Shown: piece by piece, positions 56,401 through 64,000 of the stretch
How the letters are laid out: each line of letters starts with the position of its first letter
Position numbering within the stretch: the first letter of the stretch is position 1
Origin: Utricularia gibba
Lineage: Eukaryota > Plantae > Magnoliophyta
DNA: 64,000 bases
Direction: 5' to 3'
NCBI GenBank assembly: GCA_002189035.1
Contig: CM007989.1
Coordinates: 868,001 to 932,000, forward strand
Made by a program: the position numbers and the translations under genes
Notes under the pieces: generated by a model
Databases searched by the model: none
Told to the model about the DNA's origin: nothing
The model's input: only the letters and a program-made list of their open reading frames with translations

Positions 56401-57016
56401 ACATCGAGTTTTCCCAACTCTTTAAGCCTAATCAGCTCAATCAACGATTCGCACTCCCATTCCGGACGATGGCCACTATGAGAGCAATCAGAACCAGAAT
56501 ACAGGGTAACATATACCGCAGAGTCATAGCTACAAGAGCCGCCGGGAAGTGCACCGTTCCCCGCTAGGCTCCGCATTTGAGACCGAGTCAAAACCGACAA
56601 CTCCTCGGGTGTTGAATTCAACCCCTCGAAGCCAACAAAAACTGCTCGGAACTTGCAAGGGAAATGCAACGGAGAAGAAAAGAATGTGGCCGACAATTCC
56701 TCGATTTCTCTGAAGGGCAGCGGTGATCTGTAAATCTCCACAGATTTAAACAGAAATGGAAGACCTGGGTAACGATATACACCATCAACAAGGGCAATAA
56801 AGTTCGATTTAAGGATTTTCAGAAGTTGAAATAGTGAGAACAGTGACCTAAGAGAAAAGACAGAAGAACAGAGAAGGTGAGAGTGAAGCGCTTGAGTCCT
56901 GGTTTCTTTTTACGTATAGTTTCCTTGTCGAGTTCCGGCTCTGCATCTCGTCCCTCGGAAGATGAAGGCGGCGCTGAATCATCGATTTCCGTCATCGCTG
57001 AATCGTCGATTGCCAT
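53413..57016 (-). CDS. PIGS: GPI transamidase subunit PIG-S
   Basis: RKKKPGLKRFTLTFSVLLSFLLG|LPFLFKSVEIYRSPLPF; GKYRHAW; FMPVGADGRTVFSFSLLNANP; IESQ|VLYHTP; SFEHCFAVYS|PFFLPVSLHVLLAALKEWKR...*. Confidence 0.93.
54182..54359. repeat. Diverged ~90-bp tandem duplication inside a PIG-S intron
   Basis: TTTTTAGC(C/T)AAAGGAAAACATT...AACTTGAAACTGATAA(T/C)GTACCAGACGAGAAATA occurs twice (54182-54267 and 54276-54359). Confidence 0.8.
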
Positions 57017-57159
57017 CTACAGTCCGCCGGTTCACTTGTATTTATACCGGAGTTGGAGCAATTAGGTGGCATTAGCTACTTAAAAAAAAGAGCTTTTAAT
57101 ATTCCTTCTGGGGTTTTCGTTTCCCCCAAATTGGAAGATCGAAGCCCTAATTCGCAACA

Positions 57160-58421
57160 ATGGGGAGCGATGTGGAAGCAGGCTTCGCCAAGCTACAAGG
57201 TGAAGACTTCGAATACTACATGCAGACATACTCCATCGTGCTCGGCCGCAACTCTAAGAAGTCCTCCGTAGACGTGGATCTCTCCTCCCTCGGCGGGGGA
57301 TGAACATCAGCCGCCATCACGCCCGCATTTTCTACGATTTTCAGCGTCGTCGTTTTGCCCTGGAGGTTCTGGGGAAGAATGGCTGTCTCGTTGAGGGTGT
57401 TCTTCATCTCCCTGGCAATCCTCCGGTGAAGCTCGATTCGCAGGACCTATTGCAAATTGGGGACAAGGAATTTTACTTTTTGTTGCCCGTGAGGAGTATT
57501 CTCGGCGGCCCTGTCGGGTCCAGGCACCAGCCAAGCAATTACGCCATGGGGTCTACGCCGCATCACTATCATTCTCCTGCTCAGGGTCTAATGAATCACA
57601 TGGTGCTGCCTCCTGGTTCTGGAGGCGGAGTTTCTGGCTATGGGAAAAAGGGAAGAGGGAGGGGAGAGTACTATGAGGATGAGCGTAATGAGGCGGATGG
57701 TCTAGCTGGTGGGGATGATGGGTCTTCTGGAAGCAAGAGAATCAGGCGGGGCGATATAGTTGATGGTTCTGGTAATTCCGGCTATGGTTTTGGTTCCGGT
57801 GGTAAATCTGGGAGTTCTGGGCAGTTGGGTAAGTTCCAAAATCTTCATTTTTTTGGGAAATTTAAGCTTAAAATTTCAATTTTTTCTCGATCTTAATCCA
57901 TTTTGTTGATACCTGATATGTGAAGACTTCCCCCATCTGGCGCTCTGAAACGTGAGTTCTTCTGCAGATAAAAAGGTGGATGGACGGTCTCATGTCATTA
58001 GGGAAGCCGACGAGGAGCAACTCCTTCAATTAGAAGAGAAAGATGTTGTGTCATCGGTGGCAACAGTGCTTTCTGATTTATGTGGCCCTGGAGAATGGAT
58101 GCCCATGGAGAAACTCCACTTTGAGGTACTCTTTTCATGCTTCAAGTGAAATGGACATCTTACAACAAGCAGCAACATGTTCATTGAGACTGAGGTGAAT
58201 GAATGAATCATGTTGTGCAGTTGGTGGAGAAATTCAGCCATGTGTGGCACCATGCTCGTGTGCGGAGATACTTGAGATGGGATGATGACTCGAGCCCAGA
58301 AGCAAAGGGAAAGCCCTGGTATGGTCTGCTCAAGTTACTGAGAAAGTATCCGGAGCATTTTGTCATAAACACCAGATCAACTGGTTCACAGTTCGTCTCC
58401 CTCGTCTCACTATTGTCATGA
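57160..58421 (+). CDS. FHA2: FHA-domain protein (FHA2 type)
   Basis: MGSDVEAGFAKLQGEDFEYYMQTYSIVLGRNSKKSSVDVDLSSLGGG-MNISRHHARIFYDF...; LSDLCGPGEWMPMEKLH; PWYGLLKLLRKYPEHFVINTR...VSLVSLLS*. One G appears to be missing at 57295-57299. Confidence 0.94.
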
Positions 58422-58806
58422 CACATTCATGCTCATCTACTCTCTTGTATCCTTGTAACATTAATGCTTATCCTCACCTTTCGCATATGTTTTATGTATC
58501 AAACATTGTGAAAAGGGCTTTTCTCCAACTCGCATCAGGTGTTCGGATGGGGATAAGGATAACTATGAGAAAAATGTCCAGTTTGTGGGTTGTTTTGGCT
58601 GTATCCAAGCTCGCCCAGAACTGATCAAAGTTCAAGTGGAAACATTTACCTCGCGTGTAAGACCTTAACCTTTGAGTAAAATCAAAAACCGAAATGTTAA
58701 GCAAGTACTTGCTCATTCTGAAAAATACAATAGCAACATCACAGCAGCCAGTTTTGAGTGCATGGCATGAGATCTATCTTGTTGTACATAAGAAGTTGTA
58801 AAGGCA

Positions 58807-59890
58807 TCAGGATTTGCCTTTGTGCAGGGTATGGCCTTGCTGTTCCCTTGCTTGCTTTGCAGCAAGAGCTTCCTCGTCAAGAACTTGGATGGGAGACCAT
58901 TCGGGCATTCTCAACCAACTATCCTTTTTCTCCATGAACTCCTTCAAAGTTGGCATCAGCTTCAAAGCTGCATAATCAAAGGTTGTTCCAGCGACAGCGA
59001 ACGCAACGGAATAACGAGCAGCTCCGACAGGGCCTCCTATTGTACAAACATAACAAAAATCGCAGGCTCCTTTAATATGTTTCATAGAAACAAACGGGAG
59101 AACCATTGGAGAATATGAAAATGGTCTGCATTCAGTGTCAGGATAAGATGACTAGAAGATAATGCAGGAAGGGATGGAATCCCAGCGAACCTTGAAGACG
59201 TCCGAGGACAGCACCACTGCAAAAGCCTCCTACAGCAGAATTCAGCAGGTCATCAGGTTTTCCGGCTCTACTCACCCGGATTAACTCACGTGCACCTGCC
59301 ATTCTAAAGCGTTCAATAGTTGCAGCTTAAAAGCAATAAGTATGTGAGAAGAGATGGACCGCAATGAGCCTAGATCAAATCCATCACGATTCCAGAAATA
59401 AACAAATCATCCAGTAGTTATCTCTTGGTTCAACCAATTCACATCCAAAATAGGCTGCTAGAGTTCAGTATGTGTGCAGGTAATGTGCACTAGAAAGACT
59501 GGACATCTCAAGACAAATATCTAACCCAGAAAACGCAGAACCGAGGAAACATACATACCGCAATAACAGCCCGTAACTATAGCAAAATTGGAAGCATATG
59601 TTGATGACATTTTAGCAAGCCCGTGAATCTTTTTGTGCTTGGAAACGAACCCAAAGGCTCCACCAGCCATCCCTATTCGAAATGAAAAGTTGAAGGTTCG
59701 AGAGCAATATCAATAAAAGAAATTTCCATAAAACCTGGCAAACAAAAGTGAAGAAAAGATGGAGACTAAAAGGAATACCTCCAATGAGTGTAGGGATCAG
59801 TATGCGATCTTTCAGCGTGCCCCATGTAGATGGAATTGGTGAAAGGGGAGGATCATCAGGATGAGATGGCTTCTTGTCATCTGAGGCCAT
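58807..59890 (-). CDS. TIM17/TIM22/TIM23-family organellar membrane protein
   Basis: RILIPTLIG|GMAGGAFG...YASNFAIVTGCYC|GARELIRVSR...DDLLNSAVGGFCSGAVLGRLQG|GPVGAARYS...WLRMPEWSPIQVLDEEALAAK; four exons in frame. Confidence 0.85.
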
Positions 59891-60898
59891 CTCAAAGGAC
59901 AACCACCCTAATAAAAAAGAATCCGCAAGGAGGAAAGGAAACGAAAAAAGTCACTTCACTGCACGTATTCCACTCCCACGGAACCGAAAATCTGAGTGAC
60001 GCAGTCAATCCTTCAATTACTATCGTTAAACCCTAAATCCAGAAGCCAAAACCACATGGTGCTTCAGATACCCAAAAAAAAAAAAAATTTTTTTTCTATA
60101 ACCCATGAACCTATCACCGGAAAACAAGCACCCAGATCAATACATCCACTGCGTCCACAACGCACCGGAGAGAACGAAAAAAAAAAGACAAAGAAGAAGC
60201 TCCTTTCAAAACGAACGACTCGTATTGAAAACACTGATCGAGAGGCTTACTGTTAAGGATTCAATATTTCATCAACGAAGCAAATGAATCCCCGAACTGG
60301 AAAATTCTCTTTGGGATCGTTGGGAAGACGAACCTCCCGCCGAAGGCGACAAGGCATTTTAACCTGTCTTTAATAATATTGAAAAAAAGTGAAATCTAAT
60401 TCATCAATACTAAAACGTGAGCTTTTTGTTTCTTTTCCCGTACAAACACAGACAATTGCTGCAATTTAGCCGTAAATCACATGCTTCCCTCGTAAAGAAA
60501 CAAAAATCTTGTATCTGGAGAAAGTTAATAAAACAGGGCAAAGCAACCGAAATACTGTTCAAATGTTACAACTCGATTACAATGAAGAAACAGTACAGGC
60601 CTTGCCCAAGTCAGCAAGCATCAAGAGTTTCGTGAAGCTCAGGATGCTATTGAACTACTATCTCTATACCTGCTTCGAGTTCTCCCGAACTACCTAAGCA
60701 TATAGGTATCTGTATCACTGGAAACATACCAAAATATTCGTATGTGTAGCCAACAGGGGTGGTATCCAGAAACCAGAAGCATCGACGCAAGGTATAACAT
60801 ATTCCAGGGTGAAAAGATCATCAGTATAGAGAGGTGATCAGAGGAGGAAGAAGAATATGAAAGAGTTTGGTTCATTGATGGTTATGCCTGGCTTGGGG

Positions 60899-63800
60899 TT
60901 ATTGCTGGGCTGGTTTTTTGGATCCAGACGTGCTGCGTCTTTGCCAACAACTAATGGCGGAGCCCTGTCATTGCCCAGAAGGGAAATGGTCATTTCAAGA
61001 GAACAATTTTTGGGCAGTTTGGATGAAGCCCTCACCTTTACGTTGTTCTCCTTAAGGTTCTCCAGAGTCTGCGAAAGCTCCACTTGTCTTGATGCTGTTG
61101 TGAGCAGGGTCTGGAAGAATAAATTCATCTATCAACTGCTAGATCAGGAAAACATTCCAAGAATGAACTGAACAGTGAAATCAAAGCATGCTAACCTTTT
61201 TTGTCTTCTGTAAGTCAAACTCGATGGTCTTTATACGATCAAGAGATTCTTGTATGATGTCTTCTTTATCTGCTGGAATTTTTGGTGGTTTTTGAGAAAG
61301 CTCATTTACCACATTCTCTAAATGCTGCAGTTTCTGGTAGAAAGGTTGCAGAAGTTCATTTGTGGTGAGCTGTGCGTTCGGTTCTACAAAATTGGAATTA
61401 TTTCCAACACCTGGGGTTTGAAACTTGAAAATGTTTCGAACCAGCCATGTTAACAAAAAGCGCACAAATGCAAATAGTTTGAGCCTTGCATTTGCCACTG
61501 CTTCAGGTATAGATCCTGTCAGCCTCCTCGGATGTGGAATGGAACCACGCATACCTGTGGGTGCAACTTGTCGATGTTAACAAAATGAAACTAACAACTT
61601 TGGGATCCACACGCAAAGAAGTGCGCCATCTATGACTCAAGACTAAAACAATAGTGGATAGCTATGCCAAGTCATACGAGTAAAAGACAGCGTGTCACTT
61701 ACTTGATAGTGGTTCCAGTCTCTGCAATACTTCCGAAGTCTGAAATTATATTTGTAAACACAGGTTAGCAGGCTTGAACGAACAGTGGAAATGATATGTA
61801 CCAAGGTTTCTTACACTACTGGAAGGCGGAATCCGGCCCCTCGTGTCATGGGGACTTGAGACAGACGGCTGGACTATTTCACTCGCTGGTACCTACAGAA
61901 AGAAGTGTAACCATGATATCAATAAAACCTCGAAGTCATATATCTACATTTGAAGCACTTCCTCACCACTACATCAACTTTCTTGATCTCAAAATCATCA
62001 GCTTCTGGGAGTCCTACTGGAACTCTTTCACCAATCACGTCATCCTAAAAACACGAGATTACTCAAGATGTTACCACTCATAAAACACAGACAATGACAT
62101 CTAATATTCTACCTCCGTATTGATCAACTTGATCTGCAATTGTTCATCACCTGAACAGTCGGTAAATGTTTTCTGCTGTATTGTACCGCCATTTTGAATA
62201 GCATGAACAAGCTGCATGAAAAAAATACGACAAAATTAAATGCAGCAACCAGAAACACAAGGAAGCATATAAGAGTAAGGGGGTGGTACAAAAAAAACTC
62301 ATGGATGTAATACAGGATGCTAAAGTAGTGGAAATAGGCATCATATTCAGGCGATTCACCTTCATGAGTTGCGAATCCTTCCAAGGACCCTTGTTAGATT
62401 TTAGACAACCACCTTCATTTGCACATGAGCAGGTTCCACCCAAAAAATCTGGCAACTGACTGTAGGAGTTAGAAACATAATGTCATTCAGTCAAAGTTGG
62501 AGAAATGTCACCAGAAACTGAAGTAGCTTATGCGTTCCAAAAAGACCCACCTGGCATCTATACATTCCAGTAGCTTATTCTGAAATTTATTATCTAAAAC
62601 CTGAAGAGCAGTAACTGTTAAATCACGTGTGCATTTGCTCTCAGAAAGATAATGCAGCTGGAAAATAAAGTTTACTTTACATGTATTTTCGAGGTTGTCC
62701 TGGGATCAAGCAACCCTTTCCCCCAATTCCACAAATGTTTAAATCCATTACCAGCATTTACAATAAACATTTGATGCAATGTCTGAAACGATGAATAGAA
62801 ATAACAATGAGCCTTCTGGTTACATTTTGAAGTATAAACTTGTATTCATGAAAAAGGCAGGAATACCTCAGGATAGTTATTGCCATCAATTCTCTGAATG
62901 CGCATCACAAGATCGTGGGCAACCTTTCCAAAGCTCATCCAGTTCTTTATAAGGATTACAAAGAGGATTTTAGAGCAGGTTTTAGTCCTGAAACAATGTT
63001 ATTTGTAATCTAAACTCCAACATACCAGTCCCTGTACATCAAGAATCGTCACTGATGAATTGATATGGCGCTTGGCTATTATTGAGCATGCTGGGAACTT
63101 TTCGGAGAAGAGTTTTTCAAAACCTTGGATGTGATATCTCAAGAACCGATCAACGGTGGTAACGCTCATAAGTTTACTGGGATCAACTTGGCCTATTCTT
63201 TCAATATACACAGGCCGGTTTCCTTTATCTACACCATGAAAGCCATGTGGGTAGTATCTCTGCACTCTCTCATATTCATCATAATGGAAATCCTGAGGCA
63301 TATAGCATCATGACATCAGCATTATCTACCATGCCGAAAAATCACGCATAATTATTCATACACCACCAGAAAAGGAAAGTCACAAAATACTCCAGCAAAA
63401 ATGCACATACCTGAAGGATAGTGTCCACTTGATTTTCTTTCCTCCATTTTAACATATCTACCCACATCTGCAACGTCTTATCAGGATCAAGCTTCCTTGC
63501 CTTCAAATACCTGCAGTCGCTTAAATTTCATTATTGAATTCCTAATGTACGGAAGTAATGACTTGAAAGAATACACTGAATTTCAGATGTGCATGAAGAA
63601 GATGAGAAGATAAAAGACATCTTTTTCGAAAAGACCTCAACAAGTCATGGTAATCATCGTGACTGGGAGGAAGCAAGTCCCTTTCAATCAAAGCCTCACG
63701 GAAGAAATGCACCGCATTCTCTTCCTTCTCATCTATGTGTTCTTCGGTCGAAATCGAGGCAAATCGGCAATGAAGAACCCCCTTTATGTGCTTCTCAGAA

Positions 63801-63922
63801 GAACGACAAGATCTTGATGCATTTGATGTCCTTCTCCTCAAGGATCTCACACGGCGTTTCCTCTTACTATCCCCCAAAATGATCTCAGGGTCAGAAGTTT
63901 TCTCTTTTTCATCATCACACAT
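60899..63922 (-). CDS. SFH-type Sec14/CRAL-TRIO phosphatidylinositol transfer protein with C-terminal coiled coil; may have a further upstream exon beyond the window
   Basis: [15 protein letters not shown]|YLKARK...MLKWRKE...[22 protein letters not shown]...GNNYPE|[11 protein letters not shown]...[28 protein letters not shown]...[20 protein letters not shown]...SCWQRR...*. Confidence 0.93.
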
Positions 63923-64000
63923 CACAGTTCTCTCTGATAATTGAAAAAGGGAAGGAAAAGAAAGCATATAAGACGAATCATGAAAAGATCACCCGATTAG

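Noticed and set aside
60028-60035. AAACCCTA as a telomerase-template or telomere signal
   Set aside because: A single telo-box, common in plant promoters and 5' regions; no USE/Pol III context or repeat array.

Overview
Gene-dense plant nuclear DNA, most likely a eudicot (CYP82 present, short AT-rich introns). It holds 23 recognisable protein-coding genes plus one CYP82 pseudogene fragment. In order: SPP (3' end), BONZAI copine, LURP-one-like, small Sec14/CRAL-TRIO, mitochondrial ATP-Mg/Pi carrier, CER3/WAX2, ASG1-like PH-domain protein, CNOT11, ENODL phytocyanin, plasma-membrane H+-ATPase, an EAR-motif coiled-coil protein, two tandem SAM-domain genes, SHINE-clade ERF, MASS-like, a small plant-specific protein, SCL30A/33 SR factor, GPI-anchored LTP, CYP82, PIG-S, FHA2, a TIM17/22/23-family protein and an SFH-type Sec14. 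Non-coding features include a long-TIR foldback element and a small MITE. The best lead is a tandem pair of perfect plant snRNA USE elements with a TATA box at Pol II spacing (9817-9900, minus strand). They precede an unannotated structured ~120-nt segment that shares ordered motifs with a second structured island at ~19.3 kb. Other leads: seven 1-bp frameshifts each repairable by adding one G or C (probably assembly error), five candidate GC-AG introns, a candidate poison exon in the SCL gene, a CNOT11 C-terminus remodelled by duplication, and a 143-bp head-to-head PIG-S/FHA2 gap. All family calls come from recognising motifs by eye; no database search was run.
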